Both the position numbers and the translations under genes were made by a program. Under the pieces are notes generated by a model, which saw only the letters and a list, made by a program, of their open reading frames with translations, did not search any database and had not been told where the DNA came from. DNA of 64,000 nucleotides from a virus (lineage: Duplodnaviria; Caudoviricetes). Positions 9,725-17,867 of this stretch are shown piece after piece. Numbering within the stretch: the first letter of the stretch is position 1; each line of letters opens with the position of its first letter. The stretch lies in the IMG/VR virus record IMGVR_UViG_3300008110_007313. The stretch is one strand, 5' to 3'.

Positions 9725-10101
9725 TGGGCAGTGATATCTTTGCAAAATTGGCTGAAAAATACCCTTTCATAACGCTGTGCGTCTATGCTAACAACGAATA
9801 CGTAGGGGTAGTACAAAACAGAGACGACTCTGTTACAACAATCTACGACTTTGGGGCTATTGTTAGCCAGCAAGACAAGATGATGTTTCTAGATTTAGCT
9901 ACTACTTGGTGGTGGGAAAGCAATCGTAGTATACCCATAAACATATTCTTACGCGGAGATTGGGACAGATTCCGACATACCCTACGCACATTCAGTAACA
10001 AAGATTTAGAAATTATTCACGGACCTGTTTGCAGTCTCAGCGATATTACCCGTAAAAAGGTCAAACGCAAGAGTATTACCCTGGTCAAACGTCTTGGTTG
10101 A
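9724..10101 (+). CDS. hypothetical protein
   Basis: 125-aa ORF filling the gap between two minus-strand genes. Confidence 0.7.
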   Translation: MGSDIFAKLAEKYPFITLCVYANNEYVGVVQNRDDSVTTIYDFGAIVSQQDKMMFLDLATTWWWESNRSIPINIFLRGDWDRFRHTLRTFSNKDLEIIHGPVCSLSDITRKKVKRKSITLVKRLG

Positions 10102-10645
10102 GAAGATTCATATGCAGTGCTACCAAGGCTGCGTAACTGATCGCATGTGCCTTTTTGAATGTGTATCCCCGACTAGTATCTCCATCCCACACTGACGCAA
10201 ACACTTCTGCCCAGGGTTGCCGTTGTAGGTGTGCTTTACCTGGACGAATAATTGATATAAAAGCAGCCAGTCTTGGTATGCTGTCTGGCTTCATTTCTTT
10301 TAACAAATCATAGTAATTGCCCACGTGCGCCAACTGGCCGACCCAGTGCGCATCAGTCCACAGTCGACTCCAAGGAGGAGTTGCTGCCAACATAGCTTCA
10401 TAGTGTTCAGGACTCTGAATCAAGCTGTACACACTCATGTTCAGGAAGTCCAGCTTGAAGTAGCCACGTTGTTCTGCTGTTTCATAATCAATGGCCGCAC
10501 ACTGGTTCACCGGATCTTGCGGAATGTCAGTGACATACACTCCCGAATTGTGCCGTCGCCCATCGCTTTGTCGTGCGGCTGTGTGCTGAATCAAATTCAG
10601 CACAGCATTTCGGTCAGCAAAGTCCAAGTCAATATCTGCGCTCAT
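10085..10645 (-). CDS. miniature DNA polymerase III alpha (DnaE)-like catalytic core
   Basis: Collinear DnaE motifs DIDLDF, HNSGVYV, GYFKLDFL, SIIRPG, GYTFKKAHAISYA in only 186 aa. Confidence 0.85.
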   Translation of the reverse strand: MSADIDLDFADRNAVLNLIQHTAARQSDGRRHNSGVYVTDIPQDPVNQCAAIDYETAEQRGYFKLDFLNMSVYSLIQSPEHYEAMLAATPPWSRLWTDAHWVGQLAHVGNYYDLLKEMKPDSIPRLAAFISIIRPGKAHLQRQPWAEVFASVWDGDTSRGYTFKKAHAISYAALVALHMNLLNQDV

Positions 10646-10989
10646 TTTGTATCACACAATGCCATGGCTATCTTTAGTGCATCTTCGGCTCGATCACGTG
10701 CCAGCAAAGCATCTGCTACCGTGGGGTGTGTTCGAGCTAACGCTTGCATACGCTCTTCCTCGACCATTTTAGTTTGTGCCCATTGTATAATTTCTCTAGT
10801 CTCGTTGTCTAGCTCAATTTGCGGATAACTAGATGTCATGGGCAACCATGAGCTGCCATCATACACTTCAATATTGTTACCGTTGTACCGTACCATGCCG
10901 GCACTGGGTCGACTCATGTCTACGTAAGGTGAATTGTACACATTGCCTGCAATGTGTATTCCTTGTCCGCCTGTGATATTTCTAATCAT
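10642..10989 (-). CDS. hypothetical protein
   Basis: 115-aa ORF coupled to neighbours. Confidence 0.65.
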   Translation of the reverse strand: MIRNITGGQGIHIAGNVYNSPYVDMSRPSAGMVRYNGNNIEVYDGSSWLPMTSSYPQIELDNETREIIQWAQTKMVEEERMQALARTHPTVADALLARDRAEDALKIAMALCDTK

Positions 10990-10990
10990 A

Positions 10991-11677
10991 TTACCATCCT
11001 GCTTGAGTTAGTATTTCTTGAGCATACAGTTTATCTTTGGGGTGCTCTTTGAATTTCTTTTGCCATACATCAGAATTGATATAGGGCCATACTATTGCCA
11101 GTTGTTCTGTGTTGAGCTCACCTAGAAATTTCTGACCAGACTCAGAATTATAAATGGCCCACGGACTGACACGACCGCTTGTTATTGCATAACATATAGC
11201 ATTGGAATTGCCATAACGCAAACAGTCATGTGCTGGATGCCCTGTTTTCTCGTTCCAGTCCATGCTGTATTCTATTGATCTAGCTAGCGCATCGTCCACT
11301 GCTTCAGTTGGCAAGTAATACTGAAGATACTCTGTGTAGATCTGATCGCTGCACCAGCGGTCAATCTTTTTGTTTTGTTTTAATAACCAGTCCATAAAAC
11401 GCGGCGGGTTGATTACTCGTGTATCTACACAGTAGCGTCCAAATTTTACAAAGGCCTTGTAATAAGCACTGTCAGCAAAGTCATCGAATGTCTTGGCTGC
11501 CGAAGGTTGTAGTGTACGATAAAATAGTAAAAATGCATGGAGGCCTAATTGAACTCCACGCTCGCTCTTTTCTAATCTACGTCTCTTGCGTTCACACATG
11601 TGCACCAGTACACTGCTTTCGCGTACAAATGTCTTGTTACAAAACTCGCAGACAAATTTATTTTGTGTCTGTTCCAT
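10991..11677 (-). CDS. C2H2-type zinc-finger protein; possible remote gp59-like helicase loader
   Basis: FVCEFCNKTF..VHMC finger; start set at MEQTQ (11677); loader call is inference only. Confidence 0.6.
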   Translation of the reverse strand: MEQTQNKFVCEFCNKTFVRESSVLVHMCERKRRRLEKSERGVQLGLHAFLLFYRTLQPSAAKTFDDFADSAYYKAFVKFGRYCVDTRVINPPRFMDWLLKQNKKIDRWCSDQIYTEYLQYYLPTEAVDDALARSIEYSMDWNEKTGHPAHDCLRYGNSNAICYAITSGRVSPWAIYNSESGQKFLGELNTEQLAIVWPYINSDVWQKKFKEHPKDKLYAQEILTQAGW

Positions 11678-12107
11678 GCTTGCGCAAATACTCATCTAAT
11701 TCTTTTTTGGTTGTAATGGTAGCCAATAGATCTAGTTCGTCACTTTTGTAATTCGGGAATAGTTCAGCCAGTTGTTTACGAACAGCACCACTACCTTCTT
11801 TCTTTTTAGGCGAGATCCAATTGTGTTTGAACGCACCCATGTCAGGACTCACTGTGGTGGCCATGAGCCATTGCAATTTTTTATGGCGTGTGGAGTTGAA
11901 ACTAAAAAAGTGTTTGTTCAGTCTTTCGTTGGTTGAAATCACATAGAACTCCTGTAAGTCACGCGATCCTTCCACGCAACTTCCCCAACGGATCATCAGG
12001 AACGGAGCAAACTTTTTGCGTTCTTCATCTGTAAGCTCGTCGTAGAAGTCTCGATTCTTGCGATCAAATTGTCGCATCTCGTTGGCAATGTTTAGTTTGT
12101 CACTCAT
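11658..12107 (-). CDS. 62: probable clamp-loader small subunit (gp62-like)
   Basis: KKFAPFLMIRW..LNKHF..LQW..WISPKKK pattern and size match gp62; sits in the replication cluster. Confidence 0.6.
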   Translation of the reverse strand: MSDKLNIANEMRQFDRKNRDFYDELTDEERKKFAPFLMIRWGSCVEGSRDLQEFYVISTNERLNKHFFSFNSTRHKKLQWLMATTVSPDMGAFKHNWISPKKKEGSGAVRKQLAELFPNYKSDELDLLATITTKKELDEYLRKHGTDTK

Positions 12108-12349
12108 GGGGTTTTCTTTAAATTATACAACACAAACAACTGATCCAGCAACTCACGCATAGCCGGATCTGTTTCGCACATGGTCAGAACATGGTTTATT
12201 TCGCTGCGATATCCTCGCATGGCTAGGCCTGAATCGTTGTTGTCGGCCCACCCTACCATTCGTCGCTTGGTTTCGCCAAACTTACGAGCATAGATTCGAT
12301 TGTCCACTCGCTCGTAGATGTAAGTTGCACCAGGAGTTAGATTGCCCAT
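12104..12349 (-). CDS. hypothetical protein
   Basis: 81-aa coupled ORF. Confidence 0.6.
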   Translation of the reverse strand: MGNLTPGATYIYERVDNRIYARKFGETKRRMVGWADNNDSGLAMRGYRSEINHVLTMCETDPAMRELLDQLFVLYNLKKTP

Positions 12350-12684
12350 TAGTGATTCCGTTTGCCATCAAACACACAGTTGAATATCAAGTTCTGTTCG
12401 CCGTCGTTGATTACTCTATGAAATGCGCCATCGGGAATCAGGATAATGTCGCCGGCATTGACTCTGAACTTTTGTTCATTTACTATCATCATACCTGTGC
12501 CTTTTACAAAGAAGTAAACTTCTTCTTGTCCCTCATGACTATGGCCACGTGTGGCCTGTCCTCGATACAGTTTGGTTGAACTCAGCACAAGATTGTTCAA
12601 GGTCTTGTTGTCTTTCAACAAGTAGGTTTCGTTGTCTTTGACTATTTCTCCACCAACGTCGTTCACAGTATATTTCAAGTTCAT
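12349..12684 (-). CDS. cupin-domain protein
   Basis: GHSHEGQEEVYFFVKGTG and GDIILIPDGAFHRVIN cupin motifs. Confidence 0.9.
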   Translation of the reverse strand: MNLKYTVNDVGGEIVKDNETYLLKDNKTLNNLVLSSTKLYRGQATRGHSHEGQEEVYFFVKGTGMMIVNEQKFRVNAGDIILIPDGAFHRVINDGEQNLIFNCVFDGKRNH

Positions 12685-12688
12685 AAGA

Positions 12689-13189
12689 TCACCATGCTTT
12701 GTTGTAGTCTACAATTTCGCAGTTGCGACTGACGTCTTTGACAAAGTAAACGCATTCAGGATTGTCGCCGTCAGTAATTGGCACCGCTAACAATTGTCCA
12801 TTTTTTAACTTTGGTGCATACCAAGACACTTCGTGATAGACATCTAAGATTTCAATGTCAGGAAAACTAGGTCTAAAACTACTAAGTGGGTTGAATTGGA
12901 ATACCTTGAACCCACGGTCATTGATTGAAGTTAATGGTAACACTTCAAGATCACCCATGTCGGGTTCTCCTATCAGGACCTGCCAGTCCATGGGCATACG
13001 AATAGTATGTTCTCCAATGCGTAACACCAGAGCTGGCGAATTAAAACTTTCTAAAAATATTAGAGGAATAAAATAATAGTCTGGTTCAGCAGGATTAGAG
13101 TTGTCTAATATGCTGAAACGCATGTCGTCTATTTCTTCAGGAAGATGATCTAGATCGTAGGTTTGATTGTCAAGTGTAAGAATTCTCAT
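12689..13189 (-). CDS. hypothetical protein, possible degenerate Hint-fold domain
   Basis: 166-aa beta-rich ORF with its own sigma70-type promoter. Confidence 0.65.
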   Translation of the reverse strand: MRILTLDNQTYDLDHLPEEIDDMRFSILDNSNPAEPDYYFIPLIFLESFNSPALVLRIGEHTIRMPMDWQVLIGEPDMGDLEVLPLTSINDRGFKVFQFNPLSSFRPSFPDIEILDVYHEVSWYAPKLKNGQLLAVPITDGDNPECVYFVKDVSRNCEIVDYNKAW

Positions 13190-13195
13190 ATCATT

Positions 13196-13224
13196 ATTTT
13201 ACAGGTTCCTATACATAAAGTCAA
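13196..13224 (-). promoter_or_regulatory. sigma70-type promoter
   Basis: TTGACT-N17-TAAAAT, 6 nt before ATG 13189. Confidence 0.65.
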
Positions 13225-13238
13225 CTATATAGTATAGT

Positions 13239-14006
13239 ATGATTACCAAAACATCAATTTATTATCAAGAAGATCTTGCACCAGCATTTGAATTGTCACC
13301 GTTTTTATCGCATGGCACCTGCACAGTATGCAACAAAAACACAGAGTTTGCAATTGACTCTGATTATCCTGACTTGTTTATGACCTACCGGGAAAGTGCT
13401 AGATGTGTGCAATGCAATCTAATAGCCAGACAACGTGTGGTCATGACTGCTGTAAAACTTTTTGCTCAGCCTGGAAATGTTGTTTACTTACAAGAACAAG
13501 TGACCAGCAGCTATGAATGGGCGGTAAAAAATCTCACTGAGTGTACTGTAATTGGCAGCGAGTATGTGCCCAATGGCGGTCCGCCTGACATACGCCACGA
13601 GAATGTCGAAAGTTTGTCATTTGCTGATGCTAGCACGGATATTATTGTGAGTCAAGATGTATTCGAACATGTGGCCAATCCCTGGCAAGGGTTTGCTGAA
13701 TGTTATAGAGTGCTTATTCCTGGTGGCCGTATGTTTATGACCATTCCCTTTGCCGGCGATCCTGCTCATCTTACTGTTGATCGTGTGAAACAAGGACTAC
13801 CTGATCGTTATCACGGCAATCCACTCAACGACCAAGGTAGTCTAGTGTATTCAGATTTTGGCTGGGATCTAGTGAGACGACTAAAAAAAATCGGCTTTGC
13901 AGTAGAAATGTCTGTGTATCGTTGTAGTGAACTGGGCTGGGCTAGTCCTATACTGCTGTTCGAGTTGATCAAGCCAGTTTCATCCAATCCAGTCGTTCCT
14001 GTGTGA
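13239..14006 (+). CDS. class I SAM-dependent methyltransferase with N-terminal Cys cluster
   Basis: ENVESLSFADASTDIIVSQDVFEHV..RVLIPGG; CTVC..CVQC. Confidence 0.8.
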   Translation: MITKTSIYYQEDLAPAFELSPFLSHGTCTVCNKNTEFAIDSDYPDLFMTYRESARCVQCNLIARQRVVMTAVKLFAQPGNVVYLQEQVTSSYEWAVKNLTECTVIGSEYVPNGGPPDIRHENVESLSFADASTDIIVSQDVFEHVANPWQGFAECYRVLIPGGRMFMTIPFAGDPAHLTVDRVKQGLPDRYHGNPLNDQGSLVYSDFGWDLVRRLKKIGFAVEMSVYRCSELGWASPILLFELIKPVSSNPVVPV

Positions 14007-15438
14007 AAGGATAATTGGCTTCTTTGTAGTAGGCTTTGCGCTTGGTCAAGTGGCGTTTAGCAAACTTGCAAGTGCTAGTTACATCCCAGATCTCCACATG
14101 ATCTTTATCTTCCGCCTTACGTATGCCACGGCCAATCGACTGAATGACTCTAGTAAAACTCTTACCAGACTCAACCATAACCAAATTAAAAATACGGGGG
14201 ATGTTAATACCAACAGCAGCCACCCCATATGTTGCCACAATGATTTTATCTGTTGCTTCAGCCACTTCATCATATTCGCTTTGTCTATCTTTGGATTTTG
14301 TTGCGCCCGACACAAACACCGCCCGGTCCCCTAGTCTTTCAACCAAGGCATGTCCAGCAGCCACACGATCCACCAGCACCAAGGTATTGCCTGTTTCGTT
14401 TACTTGACGGACCAATGCCGCTATAGCATCCAGTCGGCCTGACTCTTCCAGCAAATACTTTAGTTCTTTTTGATAGTCTGCAAACTCCACATGATCCATT
14501 AGTTGCACAATGTTGACGTGACACTGCGCTAACACTCCTTGCTGTTGTAATTCGTTGGCCGACAGTCTACCTATCACAGGACCCAAGCTAACCAACAGTG
14601 CTTGGCTTTCGAACTTTTCTTTTGGCACAGTACCTGTTAAACCCCAACGAATTGGCACTTGCGCCATTACACTGGTCAGCAGGGTTTTTAATGCATCTGC
14701 TTTGGCCATGTGTACTTCATCTACCATGACACATACCACACCCTCAATAAAATCCTGTATGGTGCAATCGCCTACACCGGCTTTGGTGTTCTTCAACAGC
14801 ACATTGAGACTTTGCCAGGTACATATGGTATGTGTACGACCCCACTCTTTGCGATCACCAAAATATACACCAACATCCAGGCCCAAGTTTACATAATCCC
14901 GTTCAGTCTGGCGCACAAGATCTTTGTTGGGCACAATAACAATTGATCTACCATGTGCTTCCACTGCGGCACTCAGCGTAGCAGTCATAATTGTTTTGCC
15001 GGCGCCTGTGGCCACTTCTTGTATGCACTGCGGATTTTGTAGGAAGTTATTGATGATTTCAACTTGATAATCACGCAACATCACAGGCTGCCCCTCAGCA
15101 GGATGTCCTTTGGGCCAGGTCTTGTGAGCCCAGGTAAGCTCTTCCACTACATTAAAATCAAATGTATTAGAATATGTACGTTGGTCATCTAGCTCGATAT
15201 CGTAGTCGTACTGTTCTAAAATAGGAATGATTTCGGGCAGTAAGTTTGTGTATGTAGATCCACCTAGTTGGAAGTAACTGACTTTGCCGTCCCATCGTCC
15301 TAGGCGTACTGCTGGAAGATACCTTGCATAAGGCACATCATATTTGAAGGTGTTTACTAATTTCTTACGACAGTCTAGATCCAGACCTTCAATCTTGATG
15401 TTGACTTCGTCACGTATTTGTATTGTGCATTGTTTCAT
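13969..15438 (-). CDS. uvsW: SF2 DNA helicase (UvsW-like)
   Basis: ATGAGKT, DEVH, GLTGT, QSIGRGIR. Confidence 0.92.
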   Translation of the reverse strand: MKQCTIQIRDEVNIKIEGLDLDCRKKLVNTFKYDVPYARYLPAVRLGRWDGKVSYFQLGGSTYTNLLPEIIPILEQYDYDIELDDQRTYSNTFDFNVVEELTWAHKTWPKGHPAEGQPVMLRDYQVEIINNFLQNPQCIQEVATGAGKTIMTATLSAAVEAHGRSIVIVPNKDLVRQTERDYVNLGLDVGVYFGDRKEWGRTHTICTWQSLNVLLKNTKAGVGDCTIQDFIEGVVCVMVDEVHMAKADALKTLLTSVMAQVPIRWGLTGTVPKEKFESQALLVSLGPVIGRLSANELQQQGVLAQCHVNIVQLMDHVEFADYQKELKYLLEESGRLDAIAALVRQVNETGNTLVLVDRVAAGHALVERLGDRAVFVSGATKSKDRQSEYDEVAEATDKIIVATYGVAAVGINIPRIFNLVMVESGKSFTRVIQSIGRGIRKAEDKDHVEIWDVTSTCKFAKRHLTKRKAYYKEANYPFTQERLDWMKLA

Positions 15439-16298
15439 TCTAATGTTACTTTTGTTACATGCTGGCGCTGGGCAATTTCGGCTAGTAAGGTACTGCGTGA
15501 CACCGTCTCGACCAGCTGGGCAAGAGGGAAACGCAATGGTAGTGCTCTTGTATTATACACGTTTTCTATGCCACGAGCAAGGAAAAATTCTTGGTGTTCC
15601 TGTATGTATTTTGCCATGCTGGGTGTTTTAGACTCTAGGTCTTGATTGTAAAATGCCACATTGAAATCGGCACTGTAGTGATCAAATGGACGGAACGCAT
15701 CGTCGCCAATGTATTGGTCATTGTCGTGCGCAAGGTCTTCTACAGTCTTGCCTATCTCAGCATAGTTCAAATACACAGTGCCAAATCGTATTTTCATTGT
15801 GCCATGTTGTCGTTGTAGCACAGGATCCAATTGTTGTGTCTTGGGCATGCCGTACCAGGTACACACAAACCTATGTGGGTTAGTACCCAGTACACTTTCA
15901 CATCTATGCACTGCTATGTTTAAAGAAGCCAAGGCCTCACGAACTGGCACTGGCGCACGATGCCAGAATCTTGTGTTTTGTTGATCTAACAGTCCGTGAT
16001 ACTGCTCAAAGATATTGTGCAGATAGTTCAAACAATTTTGATCAAATGTAAATGGATGCCGTATGATGTACTCATAGGAGTTTATGGTTTCAATGCATTG
16101 TTTAATCATGTCAATAGCACGGGCAGTTTCCTCTGCAGGAGTGCCGAATCCATAAAATCTATCTGGATGATCTAGAGGCCACGCATCGCGCTGACTCATA
16201 CGTTCTAGCCATAGCTCAGTTATGGGATTGGCTAGCAGTTGGAATCGTAGTGTTAAAGGGGAGTCATGGCCTAACTCAATAAGCAAGTGTTGAGGCAT
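15435..16298 (-). CDS. hypothetical protein
   Basis: Long ORF coupled to uvsW; start set at MPQHLL, 5 nt after a -10 box. Confidence 0.7.
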   Translation of the reverse strand: MPQHLLIELGHDSPLTLRFQLLANPITELWLERMSQRDAWPLDHPDRFYGFGTPAEETARAIDMIKQCIETINSYEYIIRHPFTFDQNCLNYLHNIFEQYHGLLDQQNTRFWHRAPVPVREALASLNIAVHRCESVLGTNPHRFVCTWYGMPKTQQLDPVLQRQHGTMKIRFGTVYLNYAEIGKTVEDLAHDNDQYIGDDAFRPFDHYSADFNVAFYNQDLESKTPSMAKYIQEHQEFFLARGIENVYNTRALPLRFPLAQLVETVSRSTLLAEIAQRQHVTKVTLE

Positions 16299-16303
16299 AT
16301 ACA

Positions 16304-16332
16304 AGTATATAGCACAATACAATTGAAGTCAA
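16304..16332 (-). promoter_or_regulatory. sigma70-type promoter
   Basis: TTGACT-N17-TATACT. Confidence 0.65.
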
Positions 16333-16362
16333 AAAAGCAGGTACCTTTTTAGGGGTACCTGC
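16331..16362 (-). terminator. intrinsic terminator of the early small-gene operon
   Basis: GCAGGTACC stem, followed by T6 on the minus strand. Confidence 0.75.
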
Positions 16363-16369
16363 TGTAAAG

Positions 16370-16401
16370 CCTGGGCCGGAGCCAACCGTATAGTGCCCAG
16401 G
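16370..16401 (-). ncRNA. candidate structured 3'-UTR element carrying an anti-RBS sequence
   Basis: CCTGGGC/GCCCAGG stem enclosing CGG-TTGGCT-CCG; GGTTGGCTCC is the exact complement of the GGAGCCAACC leader at 17809-17818. Confidence 0.35.
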
Positions 16402-16416
16402 AAAAAAGGAAATGAA

Positions 16417-16521
16417 CTACCTCACCACTACCACTTGAAAACCTTGTTGCTGTTGTTCGTCTGCTTCATCTTTGGTATCCACAGCAAACAAAAACAACTC
16501 ACCATCATAAATTTTGTACAT
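16417..16521 (-). CDS. small acidic protein (34 aa)
   Basis: MYKIYDGELFLFAVDTKDEADEQQQQGFQVVVVR; AAGGA SD; below the ORF-track cutoff. Confidence 0.6.
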   Translation of the reverse strand: MYKIYDGELFLFAVDTKDEADEQQQQGFQVVVVR

Positions 16522-16529
16522 AGTGTTCC

Positions 16530-16682
16530 TTAAAAAATAGCATTTGCGGCTGCCGCGGCATTCCAGGCGCTGAACACAATGTTCATCCAGCCCAACCCGT
16601 TGTGACCTGCTTCAAAATCTCGTTTGGCCCATTTAAGCATGAGCCAGGCAAGAAAAATATTTAAAATAGTCCAACCACTCAT
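16530..16682 (-). CDS. small membrane protein (50 aa)
   Basis: MSGWTILNIFLAWLMLKWAKRDFEAGHNGLGWMNIVFSAWNAAAAANAIF; ATGA overlap. Confidence 0.6.
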   Translation of the reverse strand: MSGWTILNIFLAWLMLKWAKRDFEAGHNGLGWMNIVFSAWNAAAAANAIF

Positions 16683-16786
16683 GCTATCACCGCAATCAAA
16701 AATATAAACAAAGCCACAACAGGGTGTCCAAACAACAAGGCCATCATGGCAAGTATAGTGCCAAAGAAAGCCTTGTCGGAGCCCAT
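16679..16786 (-). CDS. small membrane protein (35 aa)
   Basis: MGSDKAFFGTILAMMALLFGHPVVALFIFLIAVIA; TAATG overlap with the ATPase stop. Confidence 0.6.
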   Translation of the reverse strand: MGSDKAFFGTILAMMALLFGHPVVALFIFLIAVIA

Positions 16787-17808
16787 TAAGCTGCCTTCAT
16801 GCAAGTTGTCTCTGACATGCGCTTCCAGTTGTTAGGGAAGCTCTTGCGCAGGTCTGCAATCTTGAGCGCCATGCGCAAGGATACCTCACGCAACCGATCT
16901 TTGTTGGCATGCATAAAGTCAATAATGTCGTCTTGTGCATACTCGTTAAAGTCGTAGTCGGCAAACAACACACCGTCTTTGGCAATCTGTTTGATACGCA
17001 AGAGCTTGTCACGCATGGTGTCCAAGGTCAAGTCCAGATAGTGGCAACGACTTTGCAAGGCGTCCAAGTGGTCACGCAATTTTTGCGACTTCATCTTGTC
17101 GAACTTCAAGTTAGTGATGAAGATAACGCTACCTTTGAACTCAAAGCGGTCTGGGATACCCTCACGGCGCAGGGCACTGCTCTCTGACAACCAGCTAATA
17201 GTACGCTTCTTACCTGAGTCCAAGGCACCCTTGAGCAAGTTAAGAGCAACGTCATCCAACAAGATGCTGTCACAGTCGTCAAACACAACCACACAATTGG
17301 CGTCACTGTACTTGTACAGAGTCTGGTACAGACCAATGGGGGTTGCTGAGCCTTTGACTACCTCAGCACGGAGGCGCTTGCCTGCCAGCTTGTCAAACAT
17401 TGTGGCCTTGTCAATTTCTTGCTCAACGCCAAAGCTCTTGCCCACGCCAGGAGGGCCGCTCACAATCATAGCACGGATGTCACCACTCACTGTGGCCTTT
17501 GTCATCTCGTGCAGGATGTCAAAACGCTCACGGATACGATCCATGGCCTCGTCGTCTGTCTCGACTACTGTGGGCTTCTCAAAATGTACTGTATTGTCTT
17601 GCATGGCATCTCCTGTTACATATTCAAAATCTTGGATGGAATCTACTTTGATACGCACGGTATCTGGGCAGTTGGGGAAGTTACCATCATTCTTGACAGT
17701 AACATAATTGCCTTTGGCGCCTGAGGCATAGCCTGACACCAAAGTAAAAGCAATATTGCGGACGGGCTTGTTACGATACTTACCCTTAATGATACGAATG
17801 GCACTCAT
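16786..17808 (-). CDS. AAA+/P-loop ATPase with N-terminal extra domain
   Basis: GPPGVGKS Walker A, VVVFDDCD Walker B, FITN, LQSR, SLR; AAGGAG SD. Confidence 0.88.
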   Translation of the reverse strand: MSAIRIIKGKYRNKPVRNIAFTLVSGYASGAKGNYVTVKNDGNFPNCPDTVRIKVDSIQDFEYVTGDAMQDNTVHFEKPTVVETDDEAMDRIRERFDILHEMTKATVSGDIRAMIVSGPPGVGKSFGVEQEIDKATMFDKLAGKRLRAEVVKGSATPIGLYQTLYKYSDANCVVVFDDCDSILLDDVALNLLKGALDSGKKRTISWLSESSALRREGIPDRFEFKGSVIFITNLKFDKMKSQKLRDHLDALQSRCHYLDLTLDTMRDKLLRIKQIAKDGVLFADYDFNEYAQDDIIDFMHANKDRLREVSLRMALKIADLRKSFPNNWKRMSETTCMKAA

Positions 17809-17838
17809 GGTTGGCTCCTTGTTGTGCGTTAAAATTAA

Positions 17839-17867
17839 ATTATAGCAGATGTTGAATTAAGCGTCAA
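17839..17867 (-). promoter_or_regulatory. early sigma70 promoter
   Basis: TTGACG-N17-TATAAT. Confidence 0.85.

Noticed and set aside
9703-9873. ORF-track 57-aa N-terminal extension of the 8632 gene
   Set aside because: Overlaps the + strand 9724 gene; SD and TAAATA support a start at 9702
10325-10828. 167-aa + strand ORF as a possible missing part of DnaE
   Set aside because: Wrong strand, overlaps two real genes, no DnaE motifs
16412-16438. + strand AAGGAA-ATG micro-ORF (8 codons)
   Set aside because: SD-ATG spacing too short; antisense to a real small gene; no promoter
17096-17707. 203-aa + strand ORF
   Set aside because: Antisense to the motif-bearing AAA+ ATPase
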